Shown here in pieces: positions 1 through 10,440 of a stretch of DNA of 32,000 bases. The stretch is from Acaryochloris thomasi RCC1774 (lineage in GTDB: Bacteria > Cyanobacteriota > Cyanobacteriia > Thermosynechococcales > Thermosynechococcaceae). Both the position numbers and the translations under genes were made by a program. The stretch lies in the NCBI RefSeq assembly GCF_003231495.1, contig NZ_PQWO01000013.1, positions 120,001-152,000 of the forward strand, read 5' to 3'. The stretch's first letter is position 1. Each line of letters begins with the position of its first letter. The notes below the pieces were generated by a model. It saw nothing but the letters and a program-made list of their open reading frames with translations. It did not search any database and had not been told where the DNA came from.

Positions 1-2
1 GT

Positions 3-482
3 GCCTATATCGAAGAGTATCCTGAGTCTGCTGATGGGCATCGCATTTTGGGCTGGATCGCCCTCAAGAAAGACAATCATGAGGAAGCTAAGACTTTCTT
101 CAATAAGGCCATCGAACTTGATCCAAAGAACGATAATGCCTATGTCGGTTTAGGGTCTATCGCTCGCCAAGCAGGGGACCTGGAGCAGGCGATCAAGTAT
201 TACGATCAGGCACTAGAGGTTAAATCTGATAACCCAGAAGTCTATGGAAGTTTGGTGGTAATAAATATTTTGCAAAAGGAGTATGACGTTGCGATCGCAA
301 ATGGCGAAAAAGCCTTGAAGTATGACTTTGACGATCCGACTCTGTATGCAAATCTCTCAGTGGCTTACCACTACTCTGGCGACGAAGCCAGCCGCGACAA
401 ATACTATCAGCTTGCCGAAAGCAAGGGCTACCCCAACGCCGCAACGCTCCAGCAAATCTTTAACGGAGAAATTGAGCTATAG
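3..482 (+). CDS. TPR-repeat protein, C-terminal part (5' end lies outside the window)
   Basis: The frame is open from the window edge (from nt 3: AYIEEYPESADGHRILGWIALKK...), so the TTG at 48 in the ORF track is probably internal. It contains consecutive 34-aa TPR-like units (EEAKTFFNKAIELDPKNDNAYVGLG; EQAIKYYDQALEVKSDNPEVYGSL; DVAIANGEKALKYDFDDPTLYANL). The stop codon is at 480-482. Confidence 0.7.
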   Translation, partial: AYIEEYPESADGHRILGWIALKKDNHEEAKTFFNKAIELDPKNDNAYVGLGSIARQAGDLEQAIKYYDQALEVKSDNPEVYGSLVVINILQKEYDVAIANGEKALKYDFDDPTLYANLSVAYHYSGDEASRDKYYQLAESKGYPNAATLQQIFNGEIEL

Positions 483-493
483 CAGGACACTAC

Positions 494-2263
494 TCAGGTT
501 TTCTTTTTAACTGGATTGTGTTTAAAGTAGGCTTCAAGCACTTGACGCACAATGGGACCACAGGTAGAGCCGCCTCCGCCCCCCGTATTTTGTCCAAAGG
601 CCACCACCACAAGCTCAGGTTTATCGAAGGGGGCATAGCCACCAAACCAGGTATGAGTTGGTCGGGGAGGATCCTCCCCCGTCCCGCTCTTGCCTGCTGA
701 GGGAGGTAACGTTGGGACATTCAGGGCCTTACCAGTCCCACTAGTCACAACATCGCGCAACCCCGCTTGAATCGTTTTTAGAGTGCTGGACTTGAGGTCT
801 AGTGACGTTCGATAGCTCTCAGCCGGTGCATCCGTCCTAAGAAAATGGGGTTTGACCCGATAGCCATCATTTGCGATCGCAGCAAACATCGCAGCAGCCT
901 GAAGCGGACTAGCCTGCACCGCCCCTTGACCAATAGACACCATCACCGAATCAGCTGGATACCAGTCATTCTCAAACACCTTGCGCTTCCAGGTGGGAGT
1001 AGGGATAAAACCGGCTGACTCGCTGGGTAAATCAACCCCCGTTTTTTCACCCATCCCAAATCGTTGGGACCACTTCAGCATTTCGTCTGGCCCCACCTTT
1101 ACCGCAACTTGACCAAAGAAAGTGTTACTGCTCCACTGCAATGCCTGACGAAAACCAATGACGCCAAACCCAGCCCCGTTCCAAGACCCAACCCCGTGGA
1201 TAGAGGCGTAGGTTGAGAGCCGTGCATTGGGCGCATACTTACCCGACTCCATCCCAGCAACAGCCGTGATCACCTTGAAGGTGCTAGCTGGGGGGAAGGC
1301 TCGAGTGGCGCGATTCACCAGCGGGAACTTGCGCTCCTGGATTGTTTTCCAATTTGCTGAACTAATTCCCTGCACGAACCAGTTAGGATCAAACCCCGGA
1401 TGGCTCACCATTGCCCGCACTGAACCATCTCGTGGATCCAGGGCAACCACAGCACCAGGTCGATTTCCGAGCGCCTGTTCTGCAGCCTTTTGGACATCTA
1501 AATCCAGGGTCAGGGTGATACTGTCACCAGCTTGTGGCGGCTTTTGTCCGAGGACTCTGACAATACCGCCAGCACCATCGACTTCAACCTGTTGCCCACC
1601 CCAGACACCGTGCAACGTCTCTTGATACTGCGATTCTAGACCCGACTTGCCAATCACGTCCCCTAGCCGATATCCCTGATCTTTTTTCTCCGCATATTCT
1701 TCAGCATTAATTTCGCCAATATAACCCAGCACCTGAGCGGCCAATTCTCCATGGGGATAGAACCGAATGGCTTCCTTATCTATTTCAACGCCCACGAGTT
1801 CGGTGCTGCGCTCTTCAAGGGCAACCACCTGAGGAAAGCTTAACCCTTGGGAAATGCGCACCAACGATGGGGAATTTTCGCCCGCTTCTTCGAGAGGCTT
1901 TTGAATCTCAGTTTCTGGAATCTGCAAAATGTTGGAAAGAATCTTAAGGGTACGCGGCCACTGCGAGTCGCCTTGCACCAAGGGCCAGACAAACACAGAG
2001 TAGGTGAAATCGCTGGTGGCGAGGTCTCGACCTTTGCGATCGCGAATTTTACCCCGCTCAGGTCGCTTAGGAATCAGCCTGATCCGATTCTCATTGGCAA
2101 GTTCACGATTGCGTTCTCCCTGCACAAGCTGAAGAACACCCAGCCGGGACCCAAGCGCACCAAATAAAACGACGGTCACAAAACCGACAAAAACAAAGCT
2201 ACGTAGCCCCTCACCAACAACACGTTCAGAGCCAGGGCGACGGGGTGGAGATTGCAAAAGCAT
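494..2263 (-). CDS. mrdA: Penicillin-binding protein 2 type peptidoglycan D,D-transpeptidase
   Basis: 589-aa ORF with an N-terminal membrane anchor (FVFVGFVTVVLFGALG). It has the PBP2-type N-terminal motif NENRIRLIPKRPERGKIRDRKG and the three class B transpeptidase motifs STFK (ASTFKVITA), SSN (QWSSNTFF) and KSGT (AGKSGTGE). Confidence 0.85.
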   Translation of the reverse strand: MLLQSPPRRPGSERVVGEGLRSFVFVGFVTVVLFGALGSRLGVLQLVQGERNRELANENRIRLIPKRPERGKIRDRKGRDLATSDFTYSVFVWPLVQGDSQWPRTLKILSNILQIPETEIQKPLEEAGENSPSLVRISQGLSFPQVVALEERSTELVGVEIDKEAIRFYPHGELAAQVLGYIGEINAEEYAEKKDQGYRLGDVIGKSGLESQYQETLHGVWGGQQVEVDGAGGIVRVLGQKPPQAGDSITLTLDLDVQKAAEQALGNRPGAVVALDPRDGSVRAMVSHPGFDPNWFVQGISSANWKTIQERKFPLVNRATRAFPPASTFKVITAVAGMESGKYAPNARLSTYASIHGVGSWNGAGFGVIGFRQALQWSSNTFFGQVAVKVGPDEMLKWSQRFGMGEKTGVDLPSESAGFIPTPTWKRKVFENDWYPADSVMVSIGQGAVQASPLQAAAMFAAIANDGYRVKPHFLRTDAPAESYRTSLDLKSSTLKTIQAGLRDVVTSGTGKALNVPTLPPSAGKSGTGEDPPRPTHTWFGGYAPFDKPELVVVAFGQNTGGGGGSTCGPIVRQVLEAYFKHNPVKKKT

Positions 2264-2535
2264 GGTTTAGCTAGGCAAGGATAAGGACGGAATGAAAATA
2301 TTTGGGCTGCGAATTCAAGTCCCATACTCCCGGAAGTAATAGCAGAATCTACGTCATTAACAGTAATCTATACCTACCGTAGGTATTAACTTACCTATAC
2401 TAGGTGTTAAGATCACGGACGTTTATGGTAGTGAAATACATTAAGCGCTTAGATTAAATCGATTGTAGCTTTTGCGACAGGTTACAGCTATGGTCTGAGC
2501 ATTACGTTGTCCGGTTTGTGTGGAGTGTGGAAATC

Positions 2536-3963
2536 ATGGTTGCATCAACCCAGGTCTTGAAATCTGGCAAGGATACGGGTAAGTCTTTATCCTCTCGCAC
2601 GGAAACCCGCGCGCCTCTTTTTGGAACAGACGGGATTCGAGGCCAAGCCGGTCGAGATCTAACGCCAGCGCTTGCCCTCCACGTTGGCTTTTGGGCTGGA
2701 AGAGTTCTGCAGCAGGGCACTGCAGGTAAGCATCCTTTCATCATTGGTCAAGACTCCCGCAACTCTAGCGACATGCTAGCGATGGCACTGTCAGCAGGCT
2801 TAACGGCTGCGGGTATCGACGTCTGGAACTTAGGGCTATGCCCAACTCCAGCGGTTGCCTACTTAACAAACGCAACAGACGCTCTTGGCGGCGTTATGAT
2901 TTCTGCGAGCCACAATCCCCCAGCCGACAACGGCATTAAATTTTTCGGAGCAGACGGTACAAAGCTTTCAAGAACGCGACAGAAAGAGATCGAGTCTCAT
3001 TTGCGGATCAGCCAAATTGAGCAGCTTTCTAGCATGACCCCTTGGGGACAGCACTCCCATCGGCCAGAGCTGACGCAGAAATATACTGAAGCCCTGCTCA
3101 ATCCCATCCAAGAGAATCTCAAAGGCCTAAAAGTCGTATTAGACCTTGCTTGGGGAGCTGCAACTCTAACTGCGCCCGACGTTTTTCGTAGCCTACAGGC
3201 AGAAGTAATTTGCCTACATGAGCGACCAGATGGCAGCCGCATCAATGTGGGCTGTGGCTCCACCCACTTAGACCTGCTTCAGGCCGCTGTCATTGAAAAC
3301 CAGGCCGATATTGGCTTTGCCTTCGATGGCGATGCAGATCGAGTCCTTGCCGTTGATGCCCAAGGGCGCGTCGTAGATGGCGACTACATTCTCTATCTTT
3401 GGGGGCAACAGCTCCGTCAGCAGCAGCAGCTTCCAGACAATCTGATTGTGGCAACCGTCATGTCTAACCTCGGCTTCGAGCGGGCCTGGGAAGCCCAAGG
3501 CGGCACTTTAATCCGATCTGCGGTGGGTGATCAGTACGTTCATGCCGAAATGGTGAATACAGGCGCCATGCTGGGCGGTGAACAGTCTGGTCATATTCTT
3601 TGCCCTCATTATGGGATTGGGGGAGATGGCTTACTAACGGCACTGCATTTAGCGACCATTGTTAAACAGACCGGTGGTTGCTTGGTCTCCCTTCTTGACG
3701 ATAGCTTCAAGACCTATCCTCAGCGTCTAGAAAACGTCTGTGTCGAAGATCGAGAACGCCGGCGTCACTGGGAAGAGTGTCAGCCGCTCCAGACAGCCAT
3801 TGATCGGGCCATCAGTGACATGGGAGATCAAGGACGTGTCTTGGTGCGAGCCTCCGGGACTGAGCCGGTCATTCGGGTGATGGTGGAAGCTTCGACCCAG
3901 GTATTGACAAACCAATGGACCGAGCATCTCGTCACTGTCGTCAAAGAGCATCTAGGTGATTAG
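2536..3963 (+). CDS. glmM: Phosphoglucosamine mutase
   Basis: Motifs present: GTDGIRG, the phosphoserine loop [15 protein letters not shown], the Mg loop FDGDADR and the sugar loop GEQSGH. The ORF track starts at GTG 2518. The ATG at 2536 (MVASTQV...) is the more likely start, but the start is uncertain by 18 nt. Confidence 0.9.
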   Translation: MVASTQVLKSGKDTGKSLSSRTETRAPLFGTDGIRGQAGRDLTPALALHVGFWAGRVLQQGTAGKHPFIIGQDSRNSSDMLAMALSAGLTAAGIDVWNLGLCPTPAVAYLTNATDALGGVMISASHNPPADNGIKFFGADGTKLSRTRQKEIESHLRISQIEQLSSMTPWGQHSHRPELTQKYTEALLNPIQENLKGLKVVLDLAWGAATLTAPDVFRSLQAEVICLHERPDGSRINVGCGSTHLDLLQAAVIENQADIGFAFDGDADRVLAVDAQGRVVDGDYILYLWGQQLRQQQQLPDNLIVATVMSNLGFERAWEAQGGTLIRSAVGDQYVHAEMVNTGAMLGGEQSGHILCPHYGIGGDGLLTALHLATIVKQTGGCLVSLLDDSFKTYPQRLENVCVEDRERRRHWEECQPLQTAIDRAISDMGDQGRVLVRASGTEPVIRVMVEASTQVLTNQWTEHLVTVVKEHLGD

Positions 3964-4057
3964 CGCTTGCTTGACCTGAACTTAGAAATTAGAGGGTTCT
4001 GCGTTCACCTAGATCACGGCCCATTCCGCTGCTGAATCCTCAGGGTTGCTGGTGGCT

Positions 4058-4837
4058 TCACAGCACAGATTTTTTCTGCTTCTGTGTTCCGGTTCCTGCA
4101 GTCCAGAGCTTCTTTAAATTGAGACGAGATTCCGCAAGGGTCGATTCGCTATCCTGAAAATTCGTTTCGGGGTCAGCCACTAACTTTGACCAGTCGGGGG
4201 TGACAATACCACCAGAGATAACTAGCTTAAAGGCATCCTCGACCGCTAAATCGATATCAATAACTTCCGCCTCGGGCACTAGGGAATACCAGCCTGTGGT
4301 GGGGTTAGGAGCAGTCGGAATAAATAGACTGACCATCGGACAAGGCAGCGCTGCGGTAATCGGGGTTGTAATCGTCCCAGTCACAAATGCGATTGCCCAC
4401 AAGCCTTTGCGAGGATATTCCACCAATACGACGCGGCGAAATTTGCTGGGTGAATCCTTAAGCAACGTCTCTACAATTTGCTTAAGAGTCTTGTAGACAT
4501 TGCTAACCAGCGGGATGACTAAAAGCGTTCGCTCAGCCCAGTCAAACAGCCATCGCCCCGCAAAATTTCGAGCCATCAAACCGATGAGCAGAATACTCAA
4601 CAGCGGCACCACGAGCCCTACACTCAGGTCAATAAGGCCCAGCAAAAATGGATTAACGTCTGGGAAGGGATTAAGACGGTTCGGAATTCGCGTCAGGTAG
4701 CGAATGACCCAAACAGAGGTGGTCACCGATATCCAGATCGTTGTCGCGAGGGGAATGACCACCAGCAAACCTGCGATCAAGTCCGTTTTGAGATCCTGCT
4801 GGAACCGCCCCAGGAGCACTTTTAATCGCCTGTCCAC
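4058..4837 (-). CDS. DUF502-family membrane protein
   Basis: 259 aa with an N-terminal TM pair (GLLVVIPLATTIWI; LVVPLLSILLIGLMA). The conserved DUF502-like blocks are, as I recall the family, IPLVSNVYKTLKQIVETL, VVLVEYPRKGLWAIAFVTG, FIPTAPNPTTGWYSLVP and VEDAFKLVISGG. Confidence 0.7.
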   Translation of the reverse strand: MDRRLKVLLGRFQQDLKTDLIAGLLVVIPLATTIWISVTTSVWVIRYLTRIPNRLNPFPDVNPFLLGLIDLSVGLVVPLLSILLIGLMARNFAGRWLFDWAERTLLVIPLVSNVYKTLKQIVETLLKDSPSKFRRVVLVEYPRKGLWAIAFVTGTITTPITAALPCPMVSLFIPTAPNPTTGWYSLVPEAEVIDIDLAVEDAFKLVISGGIVTPDWSKLVADPETNFQDSESTLAESRLNLKKLWTAGTGTQKQKKSVL

Positions 4838-4982
4838 GAAACCTTCAAGCTCCTTGACCGCTAAGATTAATGGAGATAAAGATTTGCCATCAGTTGAGCA
4901 GTCGGCGCTTCAGCTTTATGTAAAGAATTATCTCTTGCACTCATATTAGCGCAATTTTTTCAACATCGGTTCTTGAAATCTC

Positions 4983-5762
4983 TCAACGAGAGTCTCGCAG
5001 ACCGGTCCAGCCGATGACTGCGAACCCAGCAGCTAACAAAACACTCCGCAGAGCAGAGCGAGTTCGGGACATAAATCGCTCACCTTTCGCTTGCTCAATC
5101 TGTTCTGCCTTTCGCTTTTCTAGTTCACCCTGCTGTGTTTTCACTTGCTTCAGATTCTCTTCAATTTGCACCAAAGTGTTCTGAGCCGCTTTCTCTAAGG
5201 CTGCCGGATCTTGCTTAAGCTGCTGGAGGGCAGCTTTTTGCTGCGGTGGAATCTGAGGACTTTGTAACAGGGCATCAATTTGACTAGAATCTTTTGAAAT
5301 CGCTTGCCACTGCTGTTTTTCCTGTTCGAGCTGCCGCTGTCCCTGCTGAACCCTCAATTCATCCTGGGCGACTCGTTGATCGAACTGCTCCATTCCTTTG
5401 GTAAACAATTCACCCGTTTTCGCATAGTGGAAGGGAATCACGATTAAGAACAGCAAACCCAACAGACTTGCAAACACAAAGGTCCAAAAATTGGAATCTT
5501 TCCAAGGCCCACCACTACTCTTGAAGGGAATCACCGATCGTTTAAGCCAAAACCCCATGTAGACAAGCGCTAGTCCGATGAGAGGCATAACGCCACGATC
5601 AATCAATTCATTCAGCAAGTTGTACTGCATCTCTTCAGTAGAGACAGGCAGCGCAATCAGACGAATCACAAAGTCCAAGAAAAAGGTCAGGACTAAGATG
5701 ATACCGACAAACTGAAGAACCAGTGCGGCAGGTGGCGTCGGACGTTGATCGGTGGCAGTCAT
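4983..5762 (-). CDS. Membrane protein with a central Gln/Glu/Lys-rich coiled coil (function unknown)
   Basis: 259 aa. There are three N-terminal hydrophobic helices (LVLQFVGIILVLTFFLDFVI; VMPLIGLALVYMGFWL; FWTFVFASLLGLLFLIVIPF). These are followed by a long heptad-like Q/E/K segment (RVQQGQRQLEQEKQQWQ...KQVKTQQGELEKRKAEQIEQAK) and a C-terminal TM helix (VLLAAGFAVIGW). The architecture resembles cyanobacterial HpsJ-like proteins from memory, but I cannot confirm that. Confidence 0.55.
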   Translation of the reverse strand: MTATDQRPTPPAALVLQFVGIILVLTFFLDFVIRLIALPVSTEEMQYNLLNELIDRGVMPLIGLALVYMGFWLKRSVIPFKSSGGPWKDSNFWTFVFASLLGLLFLIVIPFHYAKTGELFTKGMEQFDQRVAQDELRVQQGQRQLEQEKQQWQAISKDSSQIDALLQSPQIPPQQKAALQQLKQDPAALEKAAQNTLVQIEENLKQVKTQQGELEKRKAEQIEQAKGERFMSRTRSALRSVLLAAGFAVIGWTGLRDSR

Positions 5763-5875
5763 GGGTTTTTTCTAGGGAAATTAGTAGATTTTCAATATTA
5801 GCGGATCACTCTTTAACAGGGGGGCTAAATACCCACAACACCATACCTTCTTTTGGGTTCAAGACGATGCAATCC

Positions 5876-7189
5876 TTAGGCCTGTTCCAGCGTTTCCACC
5901 GCTTTTGGAACAGCTTTAGTCAGTACGTCATGTCCGGCTGCAGTGACGAGGACATCATCTTCGATTCGAATGCCAATACCGCGCCAACGCTCTGGTACTT
6001 CTGGCTGATCTTCGGCTAATTGAATATCAAGACCAATGTAGAGACCCGGCTCTACAGTAATCACCTGACCGGGCTGGAAGGGCAACCAGTTTTCTTTATC
6101 TTGCTTATAGGGACCCGCATCATGGACATCTAGACCTAACCAATGTCCCGTACGGTGCATATAGAAAGGCTTATAGGTTTCTTCTTCGATCAGTTTATCA
6201 ACGTCACCCACCAGCAGTCCCAAGTCCACTAAGCCTTCTGTCAGGACGCGGACGGCAGCATCATGGTAGGCATTAATCGGATTCCCAGGTTGAACCTGAT
6301 TGATGGCCTGGATTTGGGCTTCTAAAACTAATTCATACAGAATTTTTTGTTCAGGAGTGAAGCGTCCGTTCACGGGGAAGGTACGAGTGATGTCGGCGTT
6401 GTAGTAGTCGTAACTGCATCCGGCGTCAATGAGTAGCAGGTCGTCGTCCTGGAGCTGTCGATTGTTTTCGGTGTAGTGAAGAATGCAGGCATTAAAGCCC
6501 GAAGCGACAATGGAAGGATAGGCGGGACCGACGCCTCCTTTGAGGCGAAAGAGACGCTCCATTTCGGCTTGGATCTCATATTCGTAACGACCGGGCTGAG
6601 CCATGTCTCGGGCTAGATTATGCGCCTCTACAGAAATTTCAATGGCTTTACGAAGGGTGGCAAGTTCCTGATCGCTTTTGACAACACGCAGGGGCGGCAG
6701 AATGGTGATCGGATCTTCGATGGCAACGGGGCCAACGCCTTCTTTGGGATATTTCGAAAGCAAGCGCTGCCAGTGATTGAGGATGGTTTGATTAAAGTTG
6801 CGATCGCGTCCCAAATGATAGTAGATGCGGTCGGCCTGCGCCAAATATTGGGGCAAGTGCTCATTTAGCTCGGCAATCGGATAAACCTCATCAGCACCAT
6901 ACTCAGCCTTTGCCGCATCCACCCCCGTACGATAGCCTGTCCAGGTTTCTTTCTCAGGATCCTTTGGCTGCACGAACAGCACGAATTGATGCTCTTCATG
7001 ATGGGGAGCGAGGACCGCCACCGCATTGGATTCATTGAACCCCGTTAGGTAGAAGAAATCGCTATCTTGGCGGAAATTGTACTCAACATCGCTGTGCATA
7101 ACGGCCATGGGCGCGCTGCGAAAGATAGCGGTACTAGAGCCGAGTTTGGCCATCAACTGCTGACGGCGCTGACGATATTCTGCTTGCAT
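5876..7189 (-). CDS. pepP: Xaa-Pro aminopeptidase (M24B family)
   Basis: M24 pita-bread motifs are present: LLIDAGCSYDYYNADITRTFPV, HRTGHWLGLDVHD, ITVEPGLY and IRIEDDVLVT. An N-terminal AMP_N-like region follows MQAEYRQRRQQLMAKLG. I place the start at ATG 7189 (aa 62 of the track ORF) because the upstream 61 codons (MSRDGVAANSLRLLLRLAVNSRHFICC...) do not look protein-like. Confidence 0.85.
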   Translation of the reverse strand: MQAEYRQRRQQLMAKLGSSTAIFRSAPMAVMHSDVEYNFRQDSDFFYLTGFNESNAVAVLAPHHEEHQFVLFVQPKDPEKETWTGYRTGVDAAKAEYGADEVYPIAELNEHLPQYLAQADRIYYHLGRDRNFNQTILNHWQRLLSKYPKEGVGPVAIEDPITILPPLRVVKSDQELATLRKAIEISVEAHNLARDMAQPGRYEYEIQAEMERLFRLKGGVGPAYPSIVASGFNACILHYTENNRQLQDDDLLLIDAGCSYDYYNADITRTFPVNGRFTPEQKILYELVLEAQIQAINQVQPGNPINAYHDAAVRVLTEGLVDLGLLVGDVDKLIEEETYKPFYMHRTGHWLGLDVHDAGPYKQDKENWLPFQPGQVITVEPGLYIGLDIQLAEDQPEVPERWRGIGIRIEDDVLVTAAGHDVLTKAVPKAVETLEQA

Positions 7190-7502
7190 TATGGCCTTGA
7201 AGGTAAGATTGTTTTCTTTATTCTGCTTGATTTTACGGTTCGATGAGGCAAAATCTTCAACGCTCAGTCTTTCCTTACCTTCAACCAAAGCACAACAGAT
7301 AAAGTGCCGGGAATTCACGGCCAACCTTAGAAGCAACCTCAATGAATTGGCCGCGACGCCATCTCTTGACATACTTTAGATTGGGATTGGCAGGTGCCGT
7401 CGGCGCATCCTCATAGAATGCATCATAAGCGACCTGTTTCAGCTTCCCTCATGCCTCAGTCTTTCGCAGCGAAAGGTAGAGTCGTGTCTCAGGTTACCCA
7501 TC

Positions 7503-7926
7503 ATGCCAGAGTTCATCGGCATTAGCGATTAGCTCAACTCTTCGCCCATAACGGTTGCGGGCCCAAAGGGCAAGGTTGTAGCGGTACAGTTCTGGACTTT
7601 TGCCTGTATTAACAGCCGAAGAACACTGCTCTATTTAACAAGCTGACATCAAAAACATGCCGATCGGGGACTCGTCCGTGTTGGGGTTCTATACACCGGA
7701 ACTACAGTTTAAATACGATATCAACAACGTCAAAGACGCACTCAAAGAACGCGAAATCACCTACCCAGTCGCGATAGACAGTCAATACCTGGCTTGGCAA
7801 GCCTACCAAAACCGTTACTGGCCCCACTTATTCCTCGCAAATCGAGAGGGCGCAATAGTCTATGACCACATTGGTGAAGATGCCTATGCGGAAACGGAGC
7901 AAACGATTCGAAAAGTACTGGGATAA
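7503..7926 (+). pseudogene. Decayed thioredoxin-fold (redoxin/TlpA/DipZ-C-like) gene
   Basis: Reading from ATG 7503 gives MPEFIGISD*LNSSPITVAGPKGKVVAVQFWTFACINSRRTLLYLTS*HQKHADRGLV. There are in-frame stops at 7530-7532 (TAG) and 7644-7646 (TGA), both at positions where the family has Trp. The CxxC motif is degraded to C-I-N-S (7605-7616). A frameshift near 7670-7690 is needed to join the 89-aa ORF 7657-7926 (YTPELQFKYDINNVKDALKEREITYPVAIDSQYLAWQAYQNRYWPHLFL...). Confidence 0.6.
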
Positions 7927-7956
7927 TTTATACGTATATACATCGTTCCTCGTGGC

Positions 7957-9594
7957 TTACTCCCACTCAATGGTCCCCGGTGGCTTAGAGGTAATGTCAT
8001 AGACAACGCGGTTGACGCCCTTCACCTCATTAACGATCCGATTGGAGATGGTTTCCAGCAGCTCATAGGGTGCGCGTGACCAGTCCGCTGTCATTCCATC
8101 TTCACTGGAAATAAACCGTAGTACAACGGGGTGAGCGTAGGTTCGCTGGTCTCCCATGACACCAACGCTGCGAATGGGCAGTAATACCGCAAAGGCTTGC
8201 CAAAAATCGTGGTAGTAGCCAGAGCGGTTGATCTCTTGGCGCACAACCCAGTCAGCATCTCGCAGGATATTGAGGCGCTCTGCTGTAACTTCGCCAATAA
8301 TTCGGATGGCTAGCCCTGGTCCTGGGAAAGGATGCCGATTGACAATTTCTTCAGGCAGTCCTAACGAACGACCTACTTTACGAACTTCGTCTTTAAAGAG
8401 CTTCCGTAGCGGCTCAACAAGCTTAAATCTGAGGTCTTTGGGCAAGCCACCCACGTTGTGGTGGCTTTTGATCTTAACGGCCACTCGCTCACCTGTCGCC
8501 GGGTCAACGTTGGTGTCGGCGGATTCAATAACGTCTGGATAAAGCGTTCCCTGTGCCAGATAATCAAACGGTCCCAAGCGTCTTGATTCTTCTTCAAAGA
8601 CTTGAATGAATTCGTGACCGATTCGCTTACGTTTAACTTCGGGGTCCATTACCCCGTCAAGCTGAGCCAAAAAGCGCTCGCGGGCTTGCACGTGAACAAC
8701 AGAAATATGGAACTGTTCTTGAAACAGCTTTACCAATCGTTCGGGTTCGCCCTTACGCATGAACCCTTGATCGATAAACATGCAGGTCAACCGATCGCCA
8801 ATAGCTTTGTGCAACAGAAAAGCCAGCGTTGATGAATCAACGCCGCCCGAAAGCGCTAGCAAAACTCGCTTATCACCCACTCTAGCTTTCACTTCCCGGA
8901 TTGCTTCTTCGACGAAGGCATCCGTCGTCCAGGTGGGCTCACATTCACAACTGTGATAAACAAAGTTTCGGATGAGTGCCTGTCCGCCTTCAGAGTGGAC
9001 GACCTCAGGGTGGAACTGAACCCCGTATAGTCTGTGTTGATGATTTGCGATCGCAGCACAGGGCGTGTTGGTCGTATGAGCCAACACTACAAAATCATCA
9101 GGTAGTTGTGTAACTGAATCCCCGTGACTCATCCACATCGTTGCTCCCGACTCAACATTGGTCAGCAAGTCGGTTGGATCATCAATGACAAGAGAGGCTT
9201 TACCGTATTCAGCCGTTTTCGATGGCTCTACCCGTCCACCAAGCTGCTGAACCATCAGTTGCATACCGTAGCAGACCCCTAAAACGGGAAGTCCCAGATC
9301 CCAAATCTTTGGATCGCAAACTGGGGCGTGATCTGCATAAACCGAATTGGGACCGCCAGATAGAATAATGCCCTTTGGGTTAAGCTGCTTAAGCTGCTCT
9401 GCCGTCGTGCGGTAGGAAAGCACCTCAGAATAAACTTGAGTCTCACGGATACGGCGAGCAATCAGCTCAGAATACTGAGAGCCAAAATCAAGGATGGCAA
9501 TCATTTGACGATCTACATTGCTATTACCGTGGGGTCCTGAGTTTTCTTCTAGATCTGTGAGTGAGGGTTGCGTTTGAGAAGGCACTGATATCAT
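7957..9594 (-). CDS. guaA: GMP synthase (glutamine-hydrolysing)
   Basis: GATase-1 domain with the nucleophile Cys (LGVCYGMQ) and GVQFHPEV. It also has the ATP-pyrophosphatase P-loop SGGVDSS and the characteristic C-terminus PPGTIEWE. The start could instead be the internal Met of [11 protein letters not shown] (nt 9504). Confidence 0.95.
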   Translation of the reverse strand: MISVPSQTQPSLTDLEENSGPHGNSNVDRQMIAILDFGSQYSELIARRIRETQVYSEVLSYRTTAEQLKQLNPKGIILSGGPNSVYADHAPVCDPKIWDLGLPVLGVCYGMQLMVQQLGGRVEPSKTAEYGKASLVIDDPTDLLTNVESGATMWMSHGDSVTQLPDDFVVLAHTTNTPCAAIANHQHRLYGVQFHPEVVHSEGGQALIRNFVYHSCECEPTWTTDAFVEEAIREVKARVGDKRVLLALSGGVDSSTLAFLLHKAIGDRLTCMFIDQGFMRKGEPERLVKLFQEQFHISVVHVQARERFLAQLDGVMDPEVKRKRIGHEFIQVFEEESRRLGPFDYLAQGTLYPDVIESADTNVDPATGERVAVKIKSHHNVGGLPKDLRFKLVEPLRKLFKDEVRKVGRSLGLPEEIVNRHPFPGPGLAIRIIGEVTAERLNILRDADWVVRQEINRSGYYHDFWQAFAVLLPIRSVGVMGDQRTYAHPVVLRFISSEDGMTADWSRAPYELLETISNRIVNEVKGVNRVVYDITSKPPGTIEWE

Positions 9595-9948
9595 CCTTGG
9601 CGGCGAGGGGAAAATCGAAGAAAAGACAGAAATAAGCTTGTCAAGTGAGATCTCTTATCGCCGGAATTGCCTAGCAGCAGTTACTGCAATAAGCAAACTT
9701 TAAATTGAGTTTTTAGAAAAGCAAGCTGAAAATATTCATATTAGTTTAGGTCAATCTCGGCTCAGGTGCCAGAATCTTGCCGTGCGGTGCCGCTAGGATC
9801 TCAATCTTTCGTTTGATCCGCGCATTCGTAGCCGTTACTAGCTGAATTAGATGCGTGATGTTATATTTCTCGACTAGCTCGGCCACAGAAGCATCTTGAT
9901 CGATACGTTGAATCGATACGTTGAAAGCGGCTAGACAGAGCTGATGCC

Positions 9949-10440
9949 TTAAGGGGAGGGAGCATTGTCTTTGCGATGAGATCCGCCATGCCGCCATGCC
10001 GAAAACAAGAGGCAGGCGAGCCCTAAATTTATCGCAATGTCAGCCACGTTGAAGACGGGGAACTGAATCAACCGAAAATCAAGGAAATCCACCACATGGC
10101 CGGTCACCCAGCGATCAATACCATTGCCTGCAGCTCCGCCCAATAAAAAACCATAGCCAGCCTGCTCCCAGACTAAAAGCCGAGAATTAAGTAAACCGAC
10201 CCCCACCAGTACAAGACACACCAGCAAAGATAGCCAGCGCAGCCAATCTACGCCCTGAAATAAACTAAAGGCAGCGCCGGTATTGATGACGTAGGTGAAA
10301 TGAAAGACATTGCGCCAGAGGGGCCAAGTATCAGCGGGAACGGTCAGCTCAAACGTTTGCACAACCCAGACTTTTGTCAGCCGATCTAGCACCAAACTCG
10401 TGAGCGCGGCCAACCAAAATAGAAAATTCCTAAAATTCAT
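9949..10440 (-). CDS. lspA: Lipoprotein signal peptidase (signal peptidase II)
   Basis: 163 aa with four hydrophobic helices. The conserved LspA blocks are NTGAAFSLF and FPVFNVADIAINLG (catalytic Asp region). Its ATG (10438-10440) directly abuts the stop codon of the upstream gene. Confidence 0.9.
   Translation of the reverse strand: MNFRNFLFWLAALTSLVLDRLTKVWVVQTFELTVPADTWPLWRNVFHFTYVINTGAAFSLFQGVDWLRWLSLLVCLVLVGVGLLNSRLLVWEQAGYGFLLGGAAGNGIDRWVTGHVVDFLDFRLIQFPVFNVADIAINLGLACLLFSAWRHGGSHRKDNAPSP

Noticed and set aside
2264-2517. Imperfect palindromes in the mrdA-glmM divergent region (TACCTAccgTAGGTA near 2373-2387 and TTAACttACCTAtaCTAGGTgTTAA near 2387-2411), considered as operators or a riboswitch.
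   Set aside because: They are short and imperfect, and I know of no corresponding regulator or RNA family. The glmS ribozyme is not expected upstream of glmM. They may be real operators, but the sequence alone does not support a call.
7190-7372. A 61-codon N-terminal extension of the aminopeptidase ORF in the ORF track.
   Set aside because: The extension (MSRDGVAANSLRLLLRLAVNSRHFICC...) has no family counterpart, whereas MQAEYRQRRQQL at ATG 7189 matches the usual PepP N-terminus. It is treated as upstream non-coding sequence.
9746-9997. An 83-aa minus-strand ORF between lspA and guaA.
   Set aside because: Its N-terminal third overlaps the lspA 3' end and is not protein-like. Only the C-terminal ~46 aa look plausible, and they lack a convincing start or RBS. 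It is kept only as a note under the 13-bp duplication finding.
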